Shown here: positions 22,370 through 36,470 of the stretch, in pieces
Numbering within the stretch: the first letter of the stretch is position 1
Layout: every line of letters starts with the position of its first letter
Source of the DNA: Bugula neritina
Taxonomy: Eukaryota > Animalia > Bryozoa
Direction of reading: 5' to 3'
NCBI GenBank assembly: GCA_964035545.1
Contig: OZ037765.1
Coordinates: 11,852,698-11,916,697, forward strand
Length of the DNA: 64,000 nt
Position numbers and translations under genes: made by a program
The notes under the pieces: generated by a model
Seen by the model: the letters and a program-made list of their open reading frames with translations, nothing else
Told to the model about the DNA's origin: nothing
Databases searched by the model: none

Positions 22370-23535
22370 GCTTCCTGAGTCGGCTGTGATTCGTGGTGGC
22401 CATAGACGCCAGGTGTCAAAGTCGGCTGTGGGGTAAGACAAGAAAACCCAAGCATGGAACAGATGAAATGGCAGGAGATGTGCTGGTGAATGAAGAACAT
22501 AAGTTTGAAAAGAAAAGAACAGAAAGTTAGCTAATCATGTAGGAAAACTTTACCGAGATGGAGCCAAAGGAGGGATGATTGAGGTTTCAAAGACAAGCAT
22601 GTTCCAAAAGAACTGTAGCACAGGAGTAAAGGTGACCAAATGCTCTTCCTGATATTACCAGTGCCTGGGGCATGAGCCCCATGATGTGTGTCAACAAAAG
22701 ACTTTACAAGTAAGCTAGTTACAGCTGCTTATTTCATCTATTTATATATTTTAGACAGTTCAGAAAGTAGAGTATTTTGTGTCTCTGTTGCTCTATGTTT
22801 TGAATGTAAAAGATTACTGAGCAAACGTGCAGCTTGAAAAATTTAGTTAAGCAGATAAAAGTCAAATCTAAATTAAGTTTTCTTACATGAACAAGTTATG
22901 GATGAGCAGAGCTCGCGGGAAAACGAGGCGTTTGAGGAGGGAAACCATAATCTTTATCGAAGAGATAATGGAACAGAAAAAGTTCGCAGTAATGGGCAAT
23001 TATTGATATGAAACCAAAAGGTGGAGATAATGAAATGGGAAACCTTGACAAAAGTTCTACGAGGCATTGGAGACAACCAGCTGAAGAAGGGATAGTGGAA
23101 GTAGAAGTGGTAATGCAGGTTTGAAAAACAGGCTAGTTCATAAAAATCAGACTGAATATGAAATCGAGAAGGCAGTCTTGGAAAAAGATAATGGAGCAAA
23201 AATAAAAAACGGACCTGTTGAAAAAGGGGAAATTGATAAGATCTGAAGGAAGAATTTTTAGACATAAAAAAAGTGCGCTGGTGAAAGTTGAAGATGAACA
23301 AATGACAAAAAGCTGACAGTAAAGGAATAAAAGTGCTAATGAATTTGTCAAAAACGAACCAAAAAAGTGAAACAATGGAGACACTGAGAGGAATGCTTTT
23401 AAAATGTAAATAAGAAAGAACTTCCAGAAAATGTACCAATTGACAAATCAAAAACTGAACAAAACAGGGTGATAACAAAGCTATAAAAGAAGTCAGTCAA
23501 ACTGAGAATGGCAAGGAAAGTGAAAATTGGAAAAT
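22370..23535 (+). repeat. Duplicated segment (copy A) containing a decayed Lys/Glu-rich reading frame
   Basis: Collinear similarity to ~25960-27100; ORF-track translations of both copies overlap (e.g. HQRTFFMSKNSSFRSYQFPLFQQV). Confidence 0.85.
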
Positions 23536-23549
23536 GGTACGGTCCAGTC

Positions 23550-25020
23550 GGGTGTGAGCTCAACCAGGTCAAGAATAACTTTATATAAACTTGGGCAAGT
23601 GGTAGAATGCCGGCAAATGTGCCTCTTGAGGAACTAGTTGTGGATGGCCAGTTTGCCAGCACATTAGGGGACAACTCTACACCATTTTTATTGGCTGACA
23701 ACCAAAACAATGCACGATAACATTGTTTTCATCGAAACCATCCTTGCAACAGCTCGCAAACGCAGATGCTTGGTATACGGATAGGAACTTTGACATTTCC
23801 CCTCCTTAGTTTCAACAAGTGATAGAGCTTTACAGAAAGATATGATGAACTGCTAAATATGCAATAAATGCAGTATTGAAAATGCTGATTTTCCTTCTCA
23901 TGTTTTTCACTCTGTTGGTCAATAAGTTGTTGATTTTGGGTGTAATATGTACATAACAAAATATTTAGATTTATTGATTTTTATATGATCTGCAACAAAG
24001 GCATCTTATTTTTCAAGTCTCAAAGTTATTCTTTTATTAATCTAAAAACGTGGTTGTTTTAGGTGTGCATAATAAGAGCGCCACTAGAGAATGGTTGGAT
24101 AACAAGTATTTATGCGCTCTTACATAGAAAAACGCAACAGTCATACACAGAAACATTGCGGATGGTGATTGACGGGTGCAACAGAAACAGGCGCCAGCAC
24201 CTCAGCCAAAGAACATACACTGTGATTTTGAGACTGCAGTACACCAGGCTCTATAAAAGGTGATGCCATTTGCAATAATAAGAGGTTACTTTTATCCCTT
24301 GTGTCAGGTAAGCTATACAATTAGTATTTTGGTTAAAGAGCAACAAAGTTTGTAAGTGAATGTTGATGGTAGGGTTTCTGTTATAAGGCAGCTGCTCCTA
24401 TAGTTATTTTGTACAAGTACCCTAAAATGCTTATTAAACCACATGCTGTGAACTCGGCACAAAGTTTCTGGCAAGAATAAATTTAATTTGAATGATATAG
24501 TGGTAAAATGCAAAAACACAACATAACTGACAAATACTTTGAAATACTAAATGTTTAGCTTTCATTTTTAGAGCAGGTGGCGAAAAACACAACAGCTAGG
24601 ACTGGCAGCAGCCTATCAACCAAATATCCAGTTTAAACGATATGTAGGCAGTTTGGATGGGTGAGCATTTTTGCTGTTGGCAGATGTGAGACAAGGAATG
24701 GCTCATTTGACACCAAACACTCCACAAGGTAACTAATATTTCTTGTCAAATGCTTGTCAATATTTCAATATAACAGAATGAGATCATGAAAGTACTAATT
24801 TTATCTATTGGGTTTGGAATACAATGAACTATGATGCACATACTATATAATATACAAATTGCATGCTTGTTGTATACCAGTAAATATTTAATCTTAAATT
24901 GAATTGTTGTTAATAACTTCAGAGCTTGAAGAGCTGGTGAGATATTTTGAGAGTATGTCACTGGTGAACGCTGCGCTGCCAGGATACCAGCATGTGCAGT
25001 CACCAATTTTAGAATGTTTA
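23550..25020 (+). pseudogene. Intron-containing MULE transposase remnant (copy 2)
   Basis: Collinear with ~20850-22250, including introns; IYALLHRKTQQSY. Confidence 0.75.
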
Positions 25021-25350
25021 GAGACTCGTTAAGGTGTGGAAACTACTGCGAGATTAAACTTCTCAGTCGCTACCTAGACCTTTCAAGACGACTGATTGAA
25101 GAAAAAATTAAGGCGATGGTTAACACCAAGAACATTCAATACTGCTTCCAAAAAATGAGATCGACTTCTGAGCCAATGTTCTGTTTACGAATGTTACAAG
25201 AAAGATTCAGGGAGTTCAACAGAAACCTGCACATGGTGTTCTAAGACCTAGAAAAAACCTATGACACCACTCCAAAAGACTTTTTCTGGTACTGCCTCAG
25301 GAAGAAAGGGTTGCCTGAAATGTCCATCATGACCATCAAAGAAATGTATT
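25020..25350 (+). pseudogene. RTE-clade LINE reverse transcriptase fragment
   Basis: GNYCEIKLLS...QYCF...STSEPMFCLRMLQERFREFNRNLHMVF*DLEKTYD...WYCLRKKG. Confidence 0.7.
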
Positions 25351-25959
25351 AGTTTTTTCCATGAAGTAGCAAAGAAACCAGTGTACCTAATATGTTGGAG
25401 ACAGCAATCAGACCTCGTCAGACATTGCAATACAGACCACTCAGACTATGATGGAATATATCCAACTAGAACTGACAGAAGAATTTTCGTTTTTGACAGG
25501 GAACCGACCAAAAAATTACAGGAAGCTGGGGGAGAGCACTAGATCAAACAGAAATCACTTCATCAGAAATCCAGTGACAATAAGGGCAGGAAAAGCCTGA
25601 CTGCGGGTTATACTATCACTTCAAAACCTGCTGGTAAACAGAGAGATCATTCTTTGACCCGGTGCCTGTGAATCAAGAATAGAAGGTACAGAAGGTTTAA
25701 AATAAAAGCCAATACCCTGAAACCTATTTCCCCTTAGGAAGGCTCCACTGAGGAATGCCATATCAAAGTTTGAGAAGATGTTAAGCCATTTTTCAAGCAT
25801 GTATCATGAAAAATACCAATAAAACCCAAGGGAAGCAATATAAGAAAGGTTTAGGCGTGTGTACGCAAAAGAAACATTATTGGGCAAGTTGAAAAATCTA
25901 GGATATGGTGTCCAGGCATAGTAGTAATCTCTTAAGCTGGCTGAAACCTTTCAGTAGAG

Positions 25960-27100
25960 AAGGCTTCTCTCTGGGTCAGCTGTGATTCCTGGTATCACAA
26001 TCGGCTGTGGAGTCAGACAAGAAAACCCAAGCATGGAACAGATAAAATGGCAGGAGATGCGGTGGTGAATGAAGAACATAAGTTTGAAAAGAAGAGAATG
26101 TAACAGAAAAAGTTGGATAATCAAGTAAGGAAGACTTCTTTGAGATGAAGCCAAAAGAGAGATGATTGAGGTTTTAAAGACTAGAATGTTTCAAAAGAAC
26201 TGTAGCACAGGAGTAAAGGTGACCAGATGCTCTTCCTGATATTGCCAGTGCCTATGGTATGAACCCCATGATGTGTGTCAACAAAAGACTTTACAAGTAA
26301 GCTAGTTACAGCTGCTTATTTCATCTATTTATATATTTTAGACAGTGCAAAAAGTAGAGTGTGTCTATTGCTATATGTCTTGAACGTAAAAGATTACTGA
26401 GCAAAGATGTAGCTTGAAAAATTCAGTTACGCAAATATAAGTCAAATCTGACTTAAGTTTTCTTACATGAACAAGTTATGGATGAGCAGAGCTCGCGGGA
26501 ACACGAGGCGTTTGAGGAGGGAGACCATAGTCTTTATTGTAGAGATAATGGAACAGAAAAAGTTTGCACTAATGGGGCAATTATTGATAGGAAACCAAAA
26601 GGTGGAGATAATGAAATGGGAAACCTTGACATAAGTTCTTCGAGGCATTGGAGACAACCAGCTGAAGCAGAGACAGTGGAAGTAGAAGAAAGTGGTAATG
26701 CAGGTTTGAAAAGCAGGCTAGTTCATAAAAAAAGAATGAAAAAATTGAGAAAGCAGCCTTGGAAAAAGATGATGGAGCAAAAATAAAAAGTGGACCTGTT
26801 GAAAAAGGGGAAATTGATAAGATCTGAAGGAAGAATTTTTAGACATAAAAAAAGTGCGCTGGTGAAAGATGAAGATGAACAAAATGAGAAAAGGGTAACA
26901 GTAAAGGAAGAAGTTGCTGATGAATTTGAGAAAAATGAACCAATAAAGTGGAACAATGGAGAAACTGAGATGACTGCATTTAAAATGTAAATAAGAAAAA
27001 ACTTCCAGAAAATGTACCAGTTGAGAAAGCAATAACTGAACAAAAAAGGTGATAACAAAGCTATAAAAGAAGTCAGTCAAATTGAGAATGGTAAGGAAAG
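25960..27100 (+). repeat. Duplicated segment (copy B)
   Basis: Collinear with 22370-23535. Confidence 0.85.
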
Positions 27101-28479
27101 TGATGAACTGACAAAAGGTAGCCAATGGAACTGGATTGGCAAAAACCGACGAGATGTTGTACACCTATGAAACAGTATTGTCAAAAAACAGCATTCTCGT
27201 TTTATATAAAGCTGTGTAATGGTTGTCGGAAGTAGAAGCTCTCCTGACCCCTGCTGAACATTGGTCTACATATTATATTATAGTTTGTTAGTTATTACGT
27301 TTGCCCCTAGTCTTCCCGTTTTGCATACGGCAGACAAAGTGAACTGGTATACATACTGAGTAGTTACCCTCCAATCAGCGTAGACTACAGCATGTGATCT
27401 AAACCTTATAAACAGTGCCTTCCGGCGTGCACAGCAGAACCGGCTAGGCTAGTAACTAGACAGCTAACCTCTGTATTCTTGTGTTCTTGTATTTCATAGA
27501 CTCATGTAAAGCTTTTCCTAATTATATCTTGTTTAGAAAAACTATCTATTTTTCCTGACCACATGTTTTGACCACACGTTCCGGTTGATTGTATAGGATC
27601 CATGTGATGCAGTAATTGGCAAGATACAAAACAGACCCACAAACTATAATTCTGAAAACTACAACAGCTGCTTTCGTTTGCTTTGAATTTTTGTGGTAGC
27701 TATTTTTGCTTTTAGTTTAGCTTTTCATTTGCTTCTCTTATAATACTTTTCTGTTTTATTTGCTGCTATTCATCAAGAATAGGTCTAATTTTATACTTCT
27801 CCAATATCCATATAAGCATATAGAACTTCTCCAAGTTGGTAAAAGCCTAAAACTCCCAAGTGAGTTATAAAATGTAAGTATTTATTATATATCATAGACT
27901 TTGTTTGGATTTTTCTTACTGCACATTTTGTCATCTTTGTTTATATTTCCCTTTTCTGGTTATGATCACTATATTATTTTGGAATAAACAAATTAAATTT
28001 GTGAGAGAACCCTTCTCATTTTGCCAATACCAGCACAGAAACCAACTCGAAAAGCCTATGGCATCAGGCATTGCTTTTTCAATATGCCCGACAATCTTTA
28101 AGCAGCCACTTTGCGTTGCTGCATGTAAAAGGGTAATTTTCAGTATGTAGACACTCTATACCCCTAAAACACTGCTGTATTGTACGCTGTAACAGCAAAA
28201 CGAAAATAGCGCTGCTGTTACATTTCTTCAACAAGCATCCATACGCAAACAAATACATAATGTAATGATGGTTGACTATACCCAATGAAAGTAATGCAAA
28301 ATGTTTTCTGCGAGACAGTGTGCATTTCAATTACCTTATCAACTACTTAATTATTCAACTACTCAATTAGATATACTTGTAGGTTGCCAATTTTATTTCT
28401 GTAATTACTCTCTTTAATTATTGGGTATAGGGGCAGAAACAAAAAGTGGGATATTGCTATTAAAAAGTTACTAATAATC

Positions 28480-28850
28480 AACAGAAGAAAACATAGAAAA
28501 AGAACAAGTTGGATCCATCTTATAAATAAGCAACAGGAAGCCCTGGGATATTCAACAATCTAATCCAGGAGCTAAAAAGTGATAGTGAAGAAATTTTTTC
28601 AGCAACTCAGGATGTCAGTTGAAAATGTTAATTATTCATCAACTTAGGTTGCTCCGGCAATAACAAAAAGATACGTTTTATGAGATCTGCTATCAAACCC
28701 GATATTAAACTAGCTGTAACACTGCACCACTTAGCAGAAAGGGCAAGTTTAACATCGATAGCGTTCCATTACAGACTAGGAAAATCAACAGTTCCTGGAA
28801 TAGTAAACGACAAGTGCAAAACACTGTATGAAGCCCTGCAGCTACGATTA
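28480..28850 (+). pseudogene. Harbinger transposase N-terminal fragment (copy 3); shorter copies at ~29240-29345 and ~29600-29690
   Basis: ..NNLIQELK..LRMS..ITKKI..MRSAIKPDIKLAVTLHHLAE..SIAFHYRLGKSTV. Confidence 0.7.
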
Positions 28851-30039
28851 TAAAGACACAAAAACAGTAAAAAATAACAATTGGGATATCTCGCGAGGTT
28901 TGTCTGAAAAAACTGCAAAAGATTGGGATGGTAAGAATGAAATTTTCATCCAACACATTTTTTGTTAAAAATAGCAAAAGAGAGAGCTTTAATAATCAGT
29001 TGACAATGATTGCCTGCTATGCTATCATTAGTCGATGATAAATTAATGTTGGAGATCTTACAATAGCAAACCAACTAGGCGGAGCTGCTTCCACTAAAAC
29101 TCCAATATGGAATTGATGGAAATATCTTGGTTGGTAGAAGGATGTTAATAAATCATTCGACTAAGTCATAAGAAGCATCAGCAAAATTGTATTCATCATT
29201 GGGAACATGAGTAAAAATGATCATAACTAGAAAACCATCACATCTAAAGGTTTAAAAAAGTGATAGTGAGGGATTCTTTCAGTATTTCAGGATGTCAGTT
29301 AAAAATATTAACTCTTCATTAACTTTGGTTGCTCTATCAATAACAAAAAAATATTGATAAATGCAAAAGTATCTTGAAAACAAGAATAAGTTAGTCAACA
29401 ATCATTGGGAACATGATTAAAAATGATCATAGCTAGAAAACCATCGTTTAGCGGAACATCTTTTTTTAATTCGAAAAAATCAGCAACTTCATGGTGATAC
29501 TGATAGGCCAATACTTGAGAGTTTTCATATCTCGTTGGTACAGCGAACGAATGAGAACAATCGAAATGCTTATGGGGGTTGATGTTGCTGAATATAATAA
29601 ACAGAAGAAAACGTAGAAAAGTAATTAGCTGGATCTATCCTATATATAAGCAACAACCTAATTCGGGAGCTAAAAAGTGATGGTGAGACATTTATATCAC
29701 AATAAGCGATCTAAGCAGTGCTTTAAATGTCAAGGATGCGGCAAAACTACACCAGAAAATGCAAAAGATTGAAGACCTAATGAGTGCAACATCTACCAGT
29801 CTCACTGCTAATTAAACTCCTGTTGAAGAAAGGTTTGAGAAGCTTGAACAAATCTATGCTGATGCGTAAAGGAAAAATGCTGCGAATGTATAAAAAAGCT
29901 GTTCTTGAGTTCTTGAAGAGAGCAAATGGTAAGAATGAAATTGTCATCATCATACACCTTTTTTGGCAATAGTAGACCAGAGGATGCAAAAATTGAAGAC
30001 CTAATGAGTGCAACATCTATCATTCTCACTGCTCCTGTT

Positions 30040-31720
30040 TTTTGAGCACAGTGATATATATTCTGCAGTTACACTATAACAGTTGCTATGTGGTAAGCAT
30101 TATAACAGAAGTGTACGAGCACAAAAGATTTTGTATGAGGCAATACCACAGCCCAAAATAGAATCTCTTTTGAAATGGCTTCAAGAAAATGATCAGTTTG
30201 ACCCATTAGAATCTCATAATATTTCTATTGATGGCAATTTCTGTGAATGGACCACTGTCGCAGATAGTCGCTACTGCTAAGAAGTTTGACACTGACACTA
30301 AATCAAAATCTAACCTTTCAATGTTTTAGAATTCTCACCTTCATGCAGCAGAAGCGATGTTGGGGTTTATTCAGGCTGAGCACAGTGACATTTGGTAATT
30401 GTATTTGGACAGAATGCAGGCATGCTACCAGTACTTCTTGTGTATGATTGCACAAACTACTCAAGGTGCCTGCCTATATACCTTATTGATATGCTAAGTT
30501 TGCTTGAACCTGCTCTAGAAATATACGGAATGTTTGCAAAAGGTTCATTAACTGTAAAGAGAACTGAAAATTGCTTTAATGGTAGGCTCCAGATTAAATG
30601 TTGGAGCAAACTTTGAATCGAGACAGTAAAACACCAGGAGGGATTATTGGCAACAATGAAGAAGCTCGGGCAAAATGGTTCTTAAGTAGTCATATCAGGT
30701 CCAACTGCTTTCTGTGCAAAAATATTTTTTCCAAATAGCCTCAAAGTCATCAACATTACACAATAAAGCCACGATTATTACAACTAGGAAGGATGAGATT
30801 GATATACAAGCAATTTTTACATTACAGCAGTTTGATGTTGAGTTGTTTAGCAATAATTCAACTGAACTTATCAATATTGCTACTGAAGTCTTGCTGCAGA
30901 GACCTTTTTGTAAATAGTGAGTGCTATGGATCAGGTAACAGAGCTAGCTCAAAAGTCTATTCAAGATAAACTTTTGAATGTAATAAAACCATTTTACCTT
31001 GCTATTAACTTACTTAAAATTCATTCCGTTGACTCGGTAGCTAAATCACATCAACTGACCATTCAATCAAAAGTTCCTAAGACATTGTTTGCTAAACTTC
31101 TCATTAATGCCAAAAGCCGAGAATTAAATTAGCATACAGTTCTAGAGAAAGAAATAGGTCCCATTTTTCTTACTCTATTCACTGAAACAGACAGATGAAC
31201 ATGCAAATCACAACTAATGCATTTTTTGGAACAGAAACACCATGGCAACAGGCTCTACCAAGATGATAGTCAATTTTCCAGCAACAAATCGATCATTATT
31301 GATGGTGTGTGCATACTTCATTCAACAAAAATGCCAAGCACTTATTATAATTACGCTCTGAAGATGTTGGATATGCGGTAAATGGTATATAAGGGTTGAT
31401 GTAGTGTTTGAATGTGTATTATGAAACCTCAATTAAAGCACACGGCATATTAGAGGAGGTGCCGAAGAGATGTGGTCTAATTCCATTATTCATGACAGCT
31501 TGCCAGATGCCAAAAACCGGAGTGCTTTTCTGAGCAACATTCACAACAAAATTGAGTTGAGAGATTACATAGTGAAGGTGTGGAGTAGACATACTGAGAA
31601 AATTCTAGTTCGTACAGTTTTAGAGTGCGGCGCCAAGGAAGTTTGTATTCTGCAAAACCACTATCGTCACAATTGTAACAAATTGAAATCCTATCAGAAT
31701 GAAGTAGACACGAGATTTAG
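30040..31720 (+). pseudogene. Second, more decayed Academ transposase copy (no termini seen)
   Basis: LCGKHYNRSVRAQKILYEAI, YDCTNYSRCLPIYLIDML, FTLQQFDVELFSNNSTELINIAT; collinear with 6560-8260(-). Confidence 0.85.
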
Positions 31721-31849
31721 TTGGTATCTTAACTTTGCAAGATTAACTTCAAATTCAAAACAATTCAAAGTTTAACTCAAAAAAAAGTAATGTTATCACT
31801 TTTGGTAAAAAAAGGAACTATAGAAAATGTCTTTACTTAGATACTCTTT

Positions 31850-32008
31850 TGAATAGAATTGAAATACTAAAATATCTTGGAACTATTGTTATCAGCATAT
31901 TTGAAATGAAATGAGCATATCGAAAATGTAATCTCAAAGGCATACAGAGTGTTAAGACTAATCAAGCACAGGCTAGGAAATGCTATAAAACATTTTAAAA
32001 TCCTCACA
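31850..32008 (+). pseudogene. CR1-like LINE RT C-terminal fragment interrupted by the mariner
   Basis: KYLGTI...NEHIENVISKAYRVLRLIK. Confidence 0.45.
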
Positions 32009-32910
32009 TACGAGGGTGGTTCAAAAAGTAATGCCTGTCAAGCTATAAATTATACAGTTTTAGGTTCATTTGTTTCATATTTCAAGTACATATTTTGATA
32101 TGGTTTTACTTATTTGTGACCAAAAATTTAGAGTTGTTTCCTCTTTTGATCCCAGAATTCCATTTTCAAAATGGCTACCCATGCTGATGTGTGTAAAAAG
32201 CAAAGAGCAGTGATAGAATTTTTGGTTTTGGAGGGAGAAAGTGCTGCAGCCATTCACAACAGAATAAAAAATGTTTATGGAGATAACACTCTTGATGTGA
32301 GCAATGTGAGAAGATGGGTAAGGAGGATTAAAGGCAGTGACTCTGCTAAACGTGAAGCTCTGTTGGTTGACCAGCCAAGAAGTGGAAGGCCTGCTCATGC
32401 AGTGTCAGACATCAACTTGAAACACACTGATGAGTTGATTAAACAAAACAGAAGAATCACAATCACTGAGATCAGTGAAGCACTGGACATCAGTAGAGGC
32501 AGTACAGACACTTTAGTCAGTAACCTTGGCTACAGCAAGGTCTGTGCAAAGTGGGTCCCACGGCAGCTTACAGACACCATGAAGCAGCAAAGAGTTGAGG
32601 CATCAACTGAGCTTCTCAGCATGCATGCAGAAGATGAGACATTTTTGCAAAGGATTATGACTGGTGACGAAACTTGGGTTCATCATTATGAGCCAGAAAG
32701 CAAAAGAAGGTCAATGGAATGGCGGCATGCACTCACCCAGAAAGAAGCCAGAGGAAGAGGAAAGAGAGGAAATCACCCGTCATGGGTGGACCACATTGCC
32801 TCATCCACCATACAGCCCTGACTTGGCTCTATCAGACTTTCATTTGTTAGGTTCAATGAAGGAAGGACTTAGAGGTCAGCGATTCCCTACTGACGAAGAA
32901 GTTAAATCGG
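32009..32910 (+). mobile_element. mariner element (Hsmar2/SETMAR-like transposase), internally deleted, 3' TIR absent
   Basis: TA+CGAGGGTGGTTCAAAAAGT left end; ORF from 32171 with PRSGRP, WVPRQL, IMTGDETWVHHY, then HPPYSPDLALSDFHL in another frame; the middle of the catalytic domain is deleted. Confidence 0.9.
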
Positions 32911-32911
32911 A

Positions 32912-34340
32912 GCACATGTTGAATTTCAAGTTGTATGTTTGCATGTGGTCATGAGTTGGTGTGGGCTTCAGCTCCAAAAATTGGTCGGAATTATTCTATC
33001 AACAACTTCATTTCAGCTGCAATTTTGTTTGCTGGTGGTAATGCTACTAAATGTTTAAGAATGCTTTCCAGCATCAACATTGCAGTTCCAGCTTACAGAA
33101 CATTTACCACACATCAGAGGAAGTATCTTCATGGGGTATGTCAATATTTTACAAGATGGATGACTACGTTACCTAAAATATTAGCAATAATATAGTAAGT
33201 ACTACACCAGCTAACTGGCATAGTTCTTTTTACAAAGGTATAGCTAAACTGGTGATATCAATGTTTGAAACTATGTATTAAATGGTATTCTAAACTGAAA
33301 GGTTGTGAAAGAAAAATACGAGATAAAGCCGAAAGATCTTCTAGCGAAGTTTTGCTGAAAGGGAAAGTAGATGTTGCTGGTGATGGAAGATGTGATTCCC
33401 CAGGACACAGTGCACTTTATAGCATAACAACTTTGATGGAACTTAAAAATCATCGTATAGTTTCATAAAAACTGGTCAAGGTTAGGCCATTGTATATTGC
33501 AACTTTTTTGCTATTGTATGTGTATGGATATTTTAATTTCATGGCTATTTTAAAGAGCGCAGAAGTGAGCAGCTCAAATGCCATGGAGTTGGAAGGTCTC
33601 AAACGCTGTAGGGAAGAGTTGGCCCTGCATCAGATAAAGCTGTCTTCTTTAACAACTGATAGACACACAGGCCTAACCAAATATGTTCGACAGCGATGAC
33701 CAGAAGTAAAGCACTACTTTGATACATGGCATATAAGCAAAGGTGCACCAGATTGTCACTATTGATTACTGTTTTTACATCATGTTATGGGAAGCAAAAC
33801 TATGGTAATAATTATTGATAATGTACTATAAGTCATAGGGTCAAAACAAAGATTGGCAGAGAAAACTCGACCAGTGAAATACCGAGCAATTGCTTCATGG
33901 ATTAAATCCATTTGTAACCATCTATATTGGTGTGTTTGGTCTTCTGAGGAGTAGTCATCGAGAGGAGAAATGGCAGCTTCTACTGAGCTATATAACAAAT
34001 GATCATACGAAATGCAATCTCGAAACGAAATCATCTACTAAAGCTTGGATTGTACAAGGTGCTAACCTCAAGTATTACATTGCATGTTTAGCTTATTTTA
34101 GGTGCCCGTAGTTTATAGCATAAGCAGTCTAAAACTTCTACGAAATTTCTTTTTTTGGTATGTCTATTAGTTAGTGCATGCGAGATCATATTAAGGGAAA
34201 TACTGCTCAGCTCTAGACTTATTAATGATATAAAAAGAGCAGGAAAACAAAACACAAGTGAGCTGGAAGCATTTCATGCTAAAATAAACCACTATGCTCC
34301 AAAAATAACTGGATACACATATCAAGGAATGCCTTCTAGG
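32912..34340 (+). pseudogene. Intron-containing Kolobok-like DDE transposase remnant
   Basis: ISAAILFAGG, VAGDGRCDSPGHSALY, SSNAMELEGLKRC, LTTDRH, HYFDTWHISK, WIKSICNHLYWC, NTSELEAFHAKINHYAPK; short gt..ag introns between blocks. Superfamily call rests on motif recall. Confidence 0.65.
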
Positions 34341-34399
34341 TAACAAAAGGTTATGTACTGCACGTGAAAGTTTTATGATGGTATTTTTCATTATAAATT

Positions 34400-36470
34400 T
34401 GTTTGTTTTCTTTATTTCCATCAAAAAAAAACAAAAGGACAAAAAAATACAAATATACAACAGTAACACAAAAAGAGCTAATTTCAATTTATATATAATA
34501 TCAATCGAAGTCAAGATGGGGGCCCATGTGCTCAGTAGCATAGCTATTCAAGGAGCGGGGCCCAAGTGGCAGTTGAAAAAATAGTGGGAACTATTTATTC
34601 AGATTAAGTTAAAGATTTTAGTAGGTGCTTTTTCAACAATATTTTAAATGTGGCAAAGCTTTGATGATGTCTTAAAGTCAGAGGTAGCTTATTCCAATTG
34701 CTAGACATCTGGTAGGACACTTGACGATGACCTGCTGCGGAGGTAGAGAGAGGTAAGGGTAAGGAAAGTTCAGAATGTCTGGTGAGGTAAGTTGGTGGTT
34801 GTTTGGTGTGAGATGGAGTATAATAAGCTGAATGGCCAAGAAGACATAGGCGGTAGATATACAAGAGATCAATAGGAAGAATTTCTGCTTTGATAAATAG
34901 AGGTGACGTGTGTTCAGTAGGTGATTTGTGGAAAATAATGCGAATAATGCGTTTTTGAATTAAAAGCAACTTGTTCAGATGGGTTTTAGGGGCATTTCCC
35001 CAGGCTTCTAAGCAATATGTAAGTTTGCTGTTTATCAGACTGTTATATAATAAAATCAAAGCTTTGTATGGTAAAAACTTTGAAGCCAAGTATATCATAC
35101 CAGTTACTTTGTTGAGCTGAGTCCTTAAAGAATTTATATGAGCACACCAGTTTAAGTTAATGTCAATGACTACACCTAAAAATTTTATTTCTGAGCTAGG
35201 TGAGAGAGGTATATTGTCAATATGGATGGTACTGTTAAGTACAAAATTCTTTTGGTAGTTTTCAACAATGATATAGTTTGTTTTCGTTAAGTTTAGAGTT
35301 AGTTTGTTTGCAATGCACCAGTTATTAACTTTATTTAGTGAGGAGTTTATATTTCCAATATCAGCATTTAAATCTTTGCTCTTCCAAAAAAGATTTGTGT
35401 CGTCGGCAAACAGAATAGTATCAAATAAAGGACAATGGGTAGCTAAATCATTTATGTACAGCAGAAAGAGCACAGGGCCCAAGATAGAGCCCTGGGGAAC
35501 TCCACAGGTGATATGCAAGGAATTGGATATACTGTTCTCTATTATAACATGCTGTGTTCGATTGGTCAAGTAGTTTTGGATTAAACTTATGGAGTGAGAA
35601 TAAAAATTGTAATCTCGTAGTTTCTGTAGCAAAATATTGTGGTTGATTGTATCGAATGCTTTTGAGAAATCAATGAAAATACCCAATATTACTAATGAGT
35701 CATTAAGTGCTTTGAAGGATTGGTCTGAAAACTTAAACAGTGCGTCTTGTGCACCCTTCTTCTGTTGGAAGCCAAATTGAGAAACCGACAAAATTTTGTG
35801 TAGGTTTCAATGTTCACTTAATTGCTTGCAGATTATTTTTTCAAGTATTTTAGAGTAAACTGGAAGTATTGAGATAGGCCGATAATTACTACATAAAAGT
35901 TTGTCACCTTTATTTTTGTAAAATGGCAAAATCTTGGCTACTTTCAGTTCATTAGGAATGACACCTGATTTAATTATCAAGTTTATAATATGTGTGAGAG
36001 GCTGACAAAAGTAAGTTGCACTTTGTTTAACTAGCCTCGCTGGGATCAAGTCTAAGCCTTCTGATTTATTTTCATTCAAATTTTTTAGTTCAGTTAAAAC
36101 TCTGTTTTTGTGTACCAGCTGAAAATAAAATGAAGGACAATCTTTGGCATTGACTGGGATCGCAGGAACACTTGGTATTTTATCGGCTAAGTTCTTTCCA
36201 ATGTTAGTGAAATAATTGTTTATATAGTTTGCTATTTCTGTATGGTGGGTAATGATTTCTGAGTCAGCTTTTAGCTTTACTGGGAAGCTTGGAGAGGTTG
36301 ATTTTCTTCCAAAAGCATTGTTGATTGTATTCCAAAGCTTTCTGGAGTCTGCTTGGTTAGAAATCAGCTTATCATAGTAGTTATACTTGGCTTGTTTAAT
36401 TAAGGTTGATACTTTGTTTCTTTGCTTAATGTAGGCTTGTTTAAGTTTTGGGCTGTATGGAAAAGCTTAA
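34400..36470 (-). mobile_element. 5'-truncated LINE (CR1/L2/Crack group) ORF2
   Basis: NYRPISILP, QFGF, FIDFSKAFDTINH, GVPQGSILGP, LFADDT; 3' UTR ending in an A-rich tail near 34400. Confidence 0.9.

Noticed and set aside
27150-27600. Possible solo LTR (TATA-like box at ~27407, TG..CA-like ends)
   Set aside because: No second copy or convincing TSD in the window; boundaries cannot be supported.
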